IMG/VR virus record: IMGVR_UViG_3300020042_000672
Location: 1-25,962 of that record
Reading direction: 5' to 3' (one strand)
DNA: 25,962 bases
From: a virus
Taxonomy: Duplodnaviria; Caudoviricetes
Shown: one piece after another, positions 8,989-16,399 of the stretch
Position numbering within the stretch: the stretch's first letter is position 1
Layout: every line of letters begins with the position of its first letter
The notes under the pieces: generated by a model
Seen by the model: only the letters and a program-made list of their open reading frames with translations
Told to the model about the DNA's origin: nothing
Databases searched by the model: none
Program-made: the position numbers and the translations under genes

Positions 8989-9267
8989 ATGATGCAGACA
9001 GACGTAAAAAGCGGCGCGGCAGCAGCAGGGGCGACCACCACTATTTTTGCTGGCCCAGCCCGTATCAAGGGTATATCCATCAGCTATTCAACAGGCGCAA
9101 CGGTTGCCTTGAATGACGGGACGGGCGGCGCAGCTATGTTTTCTTTTACCGCGCCAGCGGCTGCGGGTTCTATCTACATGATGTTCCCCGGAGAAGGCAT
9201 TAGATGTAGTACTAATATTTCTGCCGTGGTATCTGCGACAACAACCGCAGTGGTGTTCTATGGCTAA
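8989..9267 (+). CDS. Small beta-rich hypothetical, probable virion protein
   Basis: AGGAG RBS at 8977-8981 favours ATG 8989 (or 8992) over TTG 8983. Confidence 0.65.
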   Translation: MMQTDVKSGAAAAGATTTIFAGPARIKGISISYSTGATVALNDGTGGAAMFSFTAPAAAGSIYMMFPGEGIRCSTNISAVVSATTTAVVFYG

Positions 9268-9514
9268 AAAAACTCCCTCCCTTGCAATTGGTCGCGGTGA
9301 AAAACTACCCGCTTCCAAGGGGGCGGGTTTGACTGCCAAAGGTCGTGCCAAGTACAACGCAGCAACAGGAAGCAACTTGAAGGCTCCGCAACCACAAGGC
9401 GGCAAGCGCAAGGATTCTTTCTGCGCACGTATGTCTGGTATGCCCGGCCCGATGAAAGATGAAAAAGGCAAGCCTACCCGCAAGGCGGCTTCTTTAGCAA
9501 GATGGAAGTGTTGA
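9260..9514 (+). CDS. Small basic protein, resembles DUF6321-type phage proteins
   Basis: GAGLTAKGRAKYN...RKDSFCARM...SLARWKC recalled as a conserved phage motif; the family name is unverified. Confidence 0.6.
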   Translation: MAKKTPSLAIGRGEKLPASKGAGLTAKGRAKYNAATGSNLKAPQPQGGKRKDSFCARMSGMPGPMKDEKGKPTRKAASLARWKC

Positions 9515-9521
9515 GGTAATC

Positions 9522-9869
9522 ATGACTAAAGACGAAGAGATGCAAGCTAGAAAAAAATTTGGCGTAGATCAACCTATGGCAAAACGTAAAGTGTCTTATG
9601 AGCAGCTTGAGAAAAGAATGGCCGATGTCGGATTCCCGCTGGGGTCGCCAGAAAACGCCGACGCCGTTAAACAATACGGGGAAGCAGCGAATATGGATGT
9701 AGATGCTCCCGCCTCCGCAGATCGCAAGTACATACCAAAAACAATGCCCTCCGGCGCTAGTGGTATGGGTGCAATTCTTTCCGGTAAAGGCATGGCTAAA
9801 GGGGGAACGGCTTCAGCCCGTGCTGACGGCTGCGCTGTCAAAGGCAAAACAAAAGGTAGGTTTGTTTAA
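9522..9869 (+). CDS. Tag-family protein 1 (variable body plus shared C-terminal tag)
   Basis: GAGG RBS. Ends GMGAILSGKGMAKGGTASARADGCAVKGKTKGRFV. Confidence 0.8.
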   Translation: MTKDEEMQARKKFGVDQPMAKRKVSYEQLEKRMADVGFPLGSPENADAVKQYGEAANMDVDAPASADRKYIPKTMPSGASGMGAILSGKGMAKGGTASARADGCAVKGKTKGRFV

Positions 9870-10421
9870 ATGGCAAATTTTAAAACTCGTTCAGACGATG
9901 AGATTTTTTGGTCAAACAAGCCCGGCAACCGTGGAAAGACTTACCCCGGCGACAAGGAAGCTCGTCAAGAATATGACCGAGATAAAGCGCGGGGGGAAAA
10001 CAACCTCAGTACTGTGCGCAACTTCTTGTTTGGTAAGAGCGACGCAAGAAAGCGTGATGCTAATGATGCAATTGACAGGCGTATAGCAGAAAAAGGTCAG
10101 ATTCAAATAGAGCCAGCAGGGCCTATGACAAAGAAAAGCACCCTGTCAGACAGAATTCTGGATAGTTTTCCTATGGCTACCATAAAAAATAACGCTGCTA
10201 AAGCCGGTTTTATTGAGCCACCTGTTTTTCTTGGTGAAGAATCTGCAAGTAAAGAAAATGAACGCAACAAAACAGACTTAATGCAAAAGCTGCTTGCTAG
10301 AAAGTCTGGGCTAAAAAAAGGTGGCGCGGTAAAAACCAAAAAAATGGCTTCTGGCGGCACAGCCTCTAGCCGCGCAGACGGATGCGCAACAAAAGGCAAA
10401 ACAAAAGGCAGGTTTGTATGA
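9870..10421 (+). CDS. Tag-family protein 2
   Basis: Abuts the previous stop. Ends LKKGGAVKTKKMASGGTASSRADGCATKGKTKGRFV. Confidence 0.8.
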   Translation: MANFKTRSDDEIFWSNKPGNRGKTYPGDKEARQEYDRDKARGENNLSTVRNFLFGKSDARKRDANDAIDRRIAEKGQIQIEPAGPMTKKSTLSDRILDSFPMATIKNNAAKAGFIEPPVFLGEESASKENERNKTDLMQKLLARKSGLKKGGAVKTKKMASGGTASSRADGCATKGKTKGRFV

Positions 10422-10621
10422 ACGAACAGAACCAAGAAACTTTGAAGTATGCCCTTGATGGTGCGTCTCTTCTCACCGTCATAGGAACACTTGTGGAATT
10501 CTTACCCGCTGTCTCAGCACTGCTCAGTATTGTTTGGGTGGCAATCCGCATTTACGAAACCGAGACAGTGAAGAAATTGTTGAATCGCAAGAAAGACGAC
10601 GATGCCAGCAACAAGCCCTAA
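10418..10621 (+). CDS. Small membrane protein (holin-like topology)
   Basis: ATGA overlap at 10418. Hydrophobic stretch GASLLTVIGTLVEFLPAVSALLSIVWVAI followed by a charged C-terminus. Confidence 0.65.
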   Translation: MNEQNQETLKYALDGASLLTVIGTLVEFLPAVSALLSIVWVAIRIYETETVKKLLNRKKDDDASNKP

Positions 10622-11120
10622 GCAAAAGAAGTTTATGGATGCTGCGGCGCACAATAAAGCATTTGCCACACAAGCGGGTATCCCGCAGAAGGTGGCTAAA
10701 GATTTCAGCAAGGCCAGCAAAAGCATGAAGTTTGGCTCTAAAAGCCGCGCAGATTCCCAGACAATCAACAGTCCCAAGACCAATCAAGGTAAGCAAGAAC
10801 TCTTTAAAGAAGGTGGAACTATGGCAACGAAAATGAACCCCGGATTTATGGCAATGATAGCTAAGAAAAAAGCTGGAGCCAAATCAGAGATGCCCTCGAA
10901 GATGGGCAAACCTGTGATGAAAAAAGGCATGGACACTGCCAAAGATGGCATGAAGATGGCTAAAGGTGGTATGCACAAAATGCCTGACGGCAAGATGATG
11001 AAAGATTCTGCCATGAAGAAAATGAACATGGGTGGCATGGCTAAAGGTGGTGGCATTGAGTCCAAAGGTGCAACCAAGGGCAAGAAGATTACTATGAAAA
11101 TGGGCGGCAAAGCCTGCTAA
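10602..11120 (+). CDS. Met/Lys/Gly-rich basic protein with five hydrophobic-x-x-GG motifs and a degenerate tag
   Basis: FKEGG, MAKGG, MNMGG, MAKGG, MKMGG; GIESKGATKGKKI resembles the shared tag; ends in Cys. Confidence 0.75.
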   Translation: MPATSPKQKKFMDAAAHNKAFATQAGIPQKVAKDFSKASKSMKFGSKSRADSQTINSPKTNQGKQELFKEGGTMATKMNPGFMAMIAKKKAGAKSEMPSKMGKPVMKKGMDTAKDGMKMAKGGMHKMPDGKMMKDSAMKKMNMGGMAKGGGIESKGATKGKKITMKMGGKAC

Positions 11121-11130
11121 GGAGTTAATC

Positions 11131-11931
11131 ATGGCAAGAAAAAACGATTTGGCTAAACTGGCTGCGCTAGCCGGGCTGGGCTACGTACTTACAAATCAAT
11201 ATCGTAATAAAGTTGATTTGACCGAGAAGGATTCAAATCCTGATCGTAAAGCTCGTCCAAACTCGACTGAAACCCGAGAAGCGCCTTTTAAGGCTACAAA
11301 CCAGTCTGCGTACACCGGCACTAACAAAAACGACTCTAACACCGCTAAAAACATCGGTTTTGGGGGCGGAGACAACAGCGATAAAAATCTTAAACGTGTA
11401 GACCCGGCTGAACCCGCACCCAAACCCGCACCAGTTAAAGACGTAGACCCCTACGCAAATTACGAAGGCGGCGATTTGTTGACCGGCGCAAAATTGAGAA
11501 CACAGCCAGCTTCAAATGTGGCAGATGCTGTGAGGAACGAGGACACAGCAAGGAGTGTTGCAAAAGCTGCCCAAGTAGATGCCAACAGAACGGCAAATGC
11601 CGGGGACAATAAAGCAGCTACCACAAAATACTCAAAAGCAACAGACCAATACAAAAACCTTTCAAGCGCTGCTGCTGTAACAAATGCAAGAAAAAAAGAA
11701 GCCAAGCTTTCTCGCAGAAGCTCCGGCGACGAAATGTCCGACTATGCGGCAAAGCAAACTGCATTGAGGAACGCCAGAGCAAACGAGATGCAACGAGAAA
11801 CTCGCGGTCAAGTTCGTAATACAGCTTATGCAAAGCCAACCCTATTTAAAAAAGGTGGCATGACATCATCTGCTTCCAGCCGTGCCGATGGTATCGCTAC
11901 CAAAGGCAAGACTCGCGGCAAGATTTGTTAA
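11131..11931 (+). CDS. Tag-family protein 3
   Basis: AAGGAG RBS. Short hydrophobic N-terminal helix (LAKLAALAGLGYVL), low-complexity body, ends FKKGGMTSSASSRADGIATKGKTRGKIC. Confidence 0.8.
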   Translation: MARKNDLAKLAALAGLGYVLTNQYRNKVDLTEKDSNPDRKARPNSTETREAPFKATNQSAYTGTNKNDSNTAKNIGFGGGDNSDKNLKRVDPAEPAPKPAPVKDVDPYANYEGGDLLTGAKLRTQPASNVADAVRNEDTARSVAKAAQVDANRTANAGDNKAATTKYSKATDQYKNLSSAAAVTNARKKEAKLSRRSSGDEMSDYAAKQTALRNARANEMQRETRGQVRNTAYAKPTLFKKGGMTSSASSRADGIATKGKTRGKIC

Positions 11932-11940
11932 GGAACAATC

Positions 11941-12384
11941 ATGGCAAAAATTGGCAGACGACCACTGGATGATGAGCAGCTTGAGGGTGGCAGCGCGGGC
12001 GCAGGTATCAGCGGAACCAAGTACAGCAAGATGCCTTCTTTGAGAGGTAGCGCCAGCACAATGGGCGACCTCAGAAAAATCAATCAGGACACCTCTAACT
12101 TACGCGGTAACGCCAAGAAGGTGACTGAAGATGCCCAAGACCGAGCAGCAGCCCGAACAGGTGTGCGTGCAGCAGGCGCTGGCGCAGCCGCAGTAGCCGC
12201 AAAGATGGCAACCCGTGAAGCATCGGCAGACAACTCTGACTACTCTGCCAATCAAAACAAGGCTGGCCCCGCAGGAATTGGAGCAATCATTTCCGGCAAA
12301 GGTATGGCGGGTGGCGGCATGACCGCCTCAAGTCGTGCTGACGGATGTGCGGTTAAGGGTAAAACTCGCGGGAAGATGTGTTGA
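11941..12384 (+). CDS. Tag-family protein 4
   Basis: AAGGA RBS. Ends GIGAIISGKGMAGGGMTASSRADGCAVKGKTRGKMC. Confidence 0.8.
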   Translation: MAKIGRRPLDDEQLEGGSAGAGISGTKYSKMPSLRGSASTMGDLRKINQDTSNLRGNAKKVTEDAQDRAAARTGVRAAGAGAAAVAAKMATREASADNSDYSANQNKAGPAGIGAIISGKGMAGGGMTASSRADGCAVKGKTRGKMC

Positions 12385-12385
12385 C

Positions 12386-12562
12386 ATGGCAACCGCAAAA
12401 CTCAATAGCAGCGTAGCCAAGTCTTTAAAAAAGGCTGGGTTTTACGCTGCAAGTAAACCCAAGCGGCTGGGTATTATCAACAAAGTGACAACTAAACCTC
12501 AGCGCATAGAAATGGTTGATAAGATGTTTCTAGCCAAAAAAGTCAAAGGTGGTGCTAAATGA
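12386..12562 (+). CDS. Small Lys-rich hypothetical protein (58 aa)
   Basis: ATG follows the previous stop after a 1 nt gap; ATGA overlap with the next gene. Confidence 0.6.
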   Translation: MATAKLNSSVAKSLKKAGFYAASKPKRLGIINKVTTKPQRIEMVDKMFLAKKVKGGAK

Positions 12563-13155
12563 TGGCCTCTCGCGGTATGGGTGCAATGAACCCAAAGAAG
12601 ATGCCGGGGAAGAAGGAGATCACCCGCACGGATGATCCGAACAAGGTCGCTATGTACAAACGTGGTGGCAAGGTTAAGCGCATGGACAAGGGCGGTTTAA
12701 GCGTTAAACCCACCGATGTGACGCTGGACAAGGACTACAAACGCATTGCAGCAGAGTTTTCTTCCGGCGATATACCAATTGGCGACAAAGGCAAAGCATC
12801 CCTCAATGCAGATGCATCTTTGTCCGCCGCCAAAGGCGAAAAAGCCAAAGCATTGGTAGATCAGCTTCAAGCAGATTACAAGCATCAACTTGATAAGAAT
12901 ACTTCTGTTGGCGCATCTTTGAGCCATGCCCCGATGGGCGAAAAGCGATACACGCTATCGCTGAATAAAAGTTGGGCTGAAGGCGGAAAGGTTAACGCCG
13001 CTGGCAACTACACCAAACCCAGTCTGCGTAAGCGGATCGTGGCGCAAGTCAAAGCGGCGGCTACCCAAGGTACTGGCGCAGGGCAGTGGTCTGCAAGGAA
13101 AGCTCAGTTGGTAGCTAAGAAGTACAAGGCTGCTGGAGGAGGTTATCGTGACTAA
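12559..13155 (+). CDS. Modular protein: basic N-terminus, GG-delimited beta module, N-terminal half of a DUF5872-like domain
   Basis: YKRGG, MDKGG and WAEGG separate the modules. C-terminal YTKPSLRKRI...GQWSARKAQLVAKKYKAAGGGY is recalled as a DUF5872 motif. Confidence 0.75.
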   Translation: MMASRGMGAMNPKKMPGKKEITRTDDPNKVAMYKRGGKVKRMDKGGLSVKPTDVTLDKDYKRIAAEFSSGDIPIGDKGKASLNADASLSAAKGEKAKALVDQLQADYKHQLDKNTSVGASLSHAPMGEKRYTLSLNKSWAEGGKVNAAGNYTKPSLRKRIVAQVKAAATQGTGAGQWSARKAQLVAKKYKAAGGGYRD

Positions 13156-13273
13156 ACACTTTGAAACATGTCTTGTGTATAACAACGGCCCATGCGATTG
13201 TGGTGTTGAAGAACACACTACCGATAAACAAATTGATGATGAGCTTCTTGAAAAAGAAGAAACAAAAGATTGA
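13148..13273 (+). CDS. 41-aa acidic Cys/His mini-protein (not in the ORF track)
   Basis: GGAGGAGGT RBS, then GTG at 13148. Translates MTKHFETCLVYNNGPCDCGVEEHTTDKQIDDELLEKEETKD. Its TGA overlaps the TTG start of the next gene. Confidence 0.6.
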   Translation: MTKHFETCLVYNNGPCDCGVEEHTTDKQIDDELLEKEETKD

Positions 13274-13503
13274 AAGCGCCGCAACAGTCCTTAAAAAACT
13301 GGGGCGACCAGAAGTGGCGTACCAAGTCAGGGAAACCTTCAAGTAAGACGGGTGAGAGGTACTTGCCCGAAGCGGCTATCAAGTCGTTGTCGCCAGCAGA
13401 ATACGCCGCGACAACCAAGGCAAAGCGTAAAGGTAAGGCGGCAGGTAAGCAGTTTGTGGCTCAGCCCAAAGGCATAGCAAAGAAAACGGCAGGATTTAGA
13501 TAA
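13270..13503 (+). CDS. Basic protein, C-terminal half of a DUF5872-like domain
   Basis: QQSLKNWGDQKWRTKSG...ERYLPEAAIKSLSPAEYAAT...GKQFV. TTG start. Confidence 0.7.
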   Translation: MKAPQQSLKNWGDQKWRTKSGKPSSKTGERYLPEAAIKSLSPAEYAATTKAKRKGKAAGKQFVAQPKGIAKKTAGFR

Positions 13504-14429
13504 TGGCAAACACTTCCGGCGCAGTAAGTTTTAACCTAGACCTCACCGAATTGGTGGAGGAGGCGTTTGAACGCGCCGGAGGTGAGCTTCGCACGGGCTA
13601 TGACCTCCGTACAGCCAGACGCAGTTTAAACATCATGTTTGCCGACTGGGCCAACCGAGGCATCAACCTGTGGACGATAGAGACAGGGATAATTGATCTG
13701 GTGCAGGGTCAAAATACTTATCCGTTGCCCAACGACACAATTGACCTGCTGGAACATGTAATCCGTACAGGTGGTAATGAAGCTTCAACACAAGCTGACC
13801 TAACCATCACCCGCATCAGTGTTTCTACCTACGCAACCATACCAAACAAGATTCAGCAAGCCAGACCTATTCAGGTATGGATTCAGCGTTTTAATGGTCA
13901 AACATCACCGACAGATATAACCCTTAGCGGGGCGATTACCAGCACTGACACTACGATCACCCTGAGTTCCGCGATTGGCCTGCCAGCGGCAGGCTTCATC
14001 AAGGTTGATTCTGAGATTATCAACTATGGCTACATTGACGGCAACATCCTGTACAACTGCTTTCGTGCGCAGCAAAACACCACTGCGGCAAGCCATATAA
14101 CTGCCAGTGCCGTTTATTGGGAGCAGGTTCCCGCTGTAACCGTCTGGCCTACGCCGGACAACGCCCAGACCTACCAATTGGTTTACTGGCGGCTACGCCG
14201 CACGCAGGACGCTGGTGGCGGTGTAAACATCATGGACGTACCGTTCAGGTTCCTGCCTTGCATGGCGGCAGGCTTGTCTTACTACATTGCCACCAAAATA
14301 CCTACCGGCATGGCAAGGTTGCCAATACTGAAATCTCAGTACGACGAAGCTTGGGAAATGGCTGCGTATGAGGATCATGAAAAAGCTGCACTGCGTCTTG
14401 TCCCCCGTCAGACCTACATTGGGAGGTAA
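13503..14429 (+). CDS. Putative head-tail adaptor/connector with inserted beta domain
   Basis: Helical N-terminus (ELVEEAFERAG...ARRSLNIMFADWANRG) and VWPTPD motif typical of podovirus adaptors (P22 gp4 / T7 gp11-like). Thr-rich insert at about 13900-14120. Confidence 0.6.
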   Translation: MANTSGAVSFNLDLTELVEEAFERAGGELRTGYDLRTARRSLNIMFADWANRGINLWTIETGIIDLVQGQNTYPLPNDTIDLLEHVIRTGGNEASTQADLTITRISVSTYATIPNKIQQARPIQVWIQRFNGQTSPTDITLSGAITSTDTTITLSSAIGLPAAGFIKVDSEIINYGYIDGNILYNCFRAQQNTTAASHITASAVYWEQVPAVTVWPTPDNAQTYQLVYWRLRRTQDAGGGVNIMDVPFRFLPCMAAGLSYYIATKIPTGMARLPILKSQYDEAWEMAAYEDHEKAALRLVPRQTYIGR

Positions 14430-14431
14430 CG

Positions 14432-14821
14432 GTGGGTAATCGTTTTGCCGCAGGCAAACATGCAATATCGGAGTGCGACCGATGTGGGCAAAGGTTTAAA
14501 CTGAAAGTCTTGAAGACGGAGATCATTAAGACCAAGAATTACAACCTGTTGGTCTGCCCCGCTTGTTGGGATCCCGACCATCCACAGTTGCAGTTGGGTA
14601 TGTACCCAGTGGACGATCCACAGGCTTTGAGAAATCCTCGCCCTGATCGAAGCTATGTTGTCTCTGGGTTGTTGGCAGATGGGGAGTCAGGCGGTGGTAG
14701 CAGAATCTTCCAATGGGGCTGGAACCCAGTGGGAGGCTCTCAGGGAGTTGATGCAGTGCTAACGCCAAACAACTTGGTTTTAGCTGTAGAACTTGGTACA
14801 GTCACAGTAAGCGTAACTTAG
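14432..14821 (+). CDS. Zinc-ribbon (CxxC...CxxC) hypothetical protein
   Basis: GGAGG RBS, GTG start, ECDRCG...VCPACWD. Confidence 0.7.
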   Translation: MGNRFAAGKHAISECDRCGQRFKLKVLKTEIIKTKNYNLLVCPACWDPDHPQLQLGMYPVDDPQALRNPRPDRSYVVSGLLADGESGGGSRIFQWGWNPVGGSQGVDAVLTPNNLVLAVELGTVTVSVT

Positions 14822-14830
14822 GAGTTCAAG

Positions 14831-14995
14831 ATGGACACAAAGCAGGTAAAACAAATTGCAGACACAGAGGTGAAAGCCCATGAGAAGCGTATGCACAAAA
14901 TGGCAAAAGGCGGCGTTACAGGCGAGTCCATGCAGAAGTATGGTCGCAACATGGCGCGTGCAATGAATCAGCGCGGCAACGCACGGAGCAAATAA
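14831..14995 (+). CDS. 54-aa basic protein with MAKGG motif (not in the ORF track)
   Basis: AGGAG RBS. MDTKQVKQIADTEVKAHEKRMHKMAKGGVTGESMQKYGRNMARAMNQRGNARSK. TAATG overlap with the next gene. Confidence 0.7.
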   Translation: MDTKQVKQIADTEVKAHEKRMHKMAKGGVTGESMQKYGRNMARAMNQRGNARSK

Positions 14996-15261
14996 TGGCT
15001 AAATTCAGCGACAAACGAATGGGCAAAGAAGTGGGTAATGCCGCTGTCTATGCTGCACCACACACCATGACCGGCAAAGCTGTTGGCATTGAACCCAACC
15101 CCGGCAAAATGCCAAATCGCGGCAAACTTGATACGCTTGATGTAAGCATCGGCGCAATCAGCAAGTCTGCTGGCGATGAAAAGATTAAAACCGATGGCAT
15201 CAAAATGCGTGGTACTGGCTGCGCCACCAAAGGCTTGATGTCTAGAGGCCCAATGGCATGA
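14995..15261 (+). CDS. Small basic protein with variant C-terminal tag
   Basis: Ends GIKMRGTGCATKGLMSRGPMA, compare RADGCATKGKTKG. Confidence 0.7.
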   Translation: MAKFSDKRMGKEVGNAAVYAAPHTMTGKAVGIEPNPGKMPNRGKLDTLDVSIGAISKSAGDEKIKTDGIKMRGTGCATKGLMSRGPMA

Positions 15262-15974
15262 ACTACACCGAGTTGTATAACACAATTCAGTCATACACGG
15301 AGAATCAGTTCCCTGATGTATACCTTGCAAGTGGAGGTACTGTATCTGCGACTACGCAGATCAATACTTTCATTACGCAGGCTGAACAACGTATATACAA
15401 CTCAGTGCAGTTCCCCTCTATTCGTAAGAATCAATACACCGCAATCACGGCAAACAACAAGTACATATCTTTACCAAATGATTTCTTGTCTGTCTATTCA
15501 CTGGCGTTGGTGACTGGCGTGACTGGCGCTAACTTGGACACAGGCACGTTTGAATATTTACTCAACAAAGATGTGAACTTCATCCGTCAGGCGTACCCAA
15601 CGCCAAACGATACGGGCGAGCCAAAATACTACGCTTTGTTTGGCCCAACAATTGTCAGTTCGGCAATTACAACTGAGTTGTCTCTTATTCTTGGCCCAAC
15701 ACCTGATGCCGCGTATTACGTAGAGTTGCATTACTACTATTACCCCGAGTCAATCACTACAGCAGTTACAACTTGGCTGGGTGACAACTTTGATACCGTT
15801 TTGTTGTATGGCGCGTTAGTTGAAGCTTATACTTTTATGAAAGGTGAAGCTGATATTATTTTGGGGTACGATGCCAAGTACAAAGAAGCGCTTGCCTTGG
15901 CTAAACGCCTTGGCGATGGCATGGAGCGTCAGGACGCTTACAGGTCTGGGCAGTATAGACAGGCGGTGACGTAA
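15258..15974 (+). CDS. Putative tail tubular/adaptor protein
   Basis: MNYTEL..TIQSYTEN, FITQAEQRIY, LPNDFL, G.PKYYA, LGPTPD and LLYGALVEA pattern of podovirus adaptors. Confidence 0.65.
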   Translation: MNYTELYNTIQSYTENQFPDVYLASGGTVSATTQINTFITQAEQRIYNSVQFPSIRKNQYTAITANNKYISLPNDFLSVYSLALVTGVTGANLDTGTFEYLLNKDVNFIRQAYPTPNDTGEPKYYALFGPTIVSSAITTELSLILGPTPDAAYYVELHYYYYPESITTAVTTWLGDNFDTVLLYGALVEAYTFMKGEADIILGYDAKYKEALALAKRLGDGMERQDAYRSGQYRQAVT

Positions 15975-16399
15975 TGGCTTTTCAAGGAAACTTTGCTTGC
16001 AACACTTTCAAAACAGGCATCATGAACGGGACGTTCAACTTTACGTCCGGCACGTTCTACATGGCTCTGTACACTAATGACGCCACGCTTAATGCCTCTA
16101 CCACAGCTTATACGGCTACGGGCGAGGTTGTGGCTTCTGGGTACTCGGCTGGTGGGCTGGCACTCACGATTGCGCAAACTCCTACAGTAGGCAACTCTGG
16201 TAACACCGCATACATCTCCTTTGACAATGCAGCGTGGACTTCAGCCCTAACTGCTCGGGGCGCATTGATTTATCAAAACGGCGGTGGCAATCCTGCGGTG
16301 TGCGTGTTAGATTTTGGCGCAGACAAGACATCAACCACAACATTCACGGTACAGTTCCCTGCTGTATCAAACACATCAGCAATCATAAGGATCGCATAA
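15974..16399 (+). CDS. Tail-associated structural protein (paralog A)
   Basis: ALYTNDATLNASTTAYTATGEV..SGYSAGG motif shared with 16597-17088. Confidence 0.65.
   Translation: MAFQGNFACNTFKTGIMNGTFNFTSGTFYMALYTNDATLNASTTAYTATGEVVASGYSAGGLALTIAQTPTVGNSGNTAYISFDNAAWTSALTARGALIYQNGGGNPAVCVLDFGADKTSTTTFTVQFPAVSNTSAIIRIA

Noticed and set aside
11941-11991. LDDEQLEGG as a double-glycine bacteriocin/RiPP leader
   Set aside because: The spacing is shorter than the LSxxELxxVxGG consensus, and there is no C39 peptidase transporter or modifying enzyme in the window.
9792-12384. Tag repeats as a CRISPR array or DGR template/variable repeats
   Set aside because: The repeats are in-frame coding, irregularly spaced and differ largely at synonymous sites rather than at adenines. 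No cas or reverse transcriptase gene is present.
13161-13346. 61-aa track ORF bridging the DUF5872-like halves
   Set aside because: It overlaps 13270-13503 out of frame. The GTG 13148 ORF has a better RBS and coupling on both sides.
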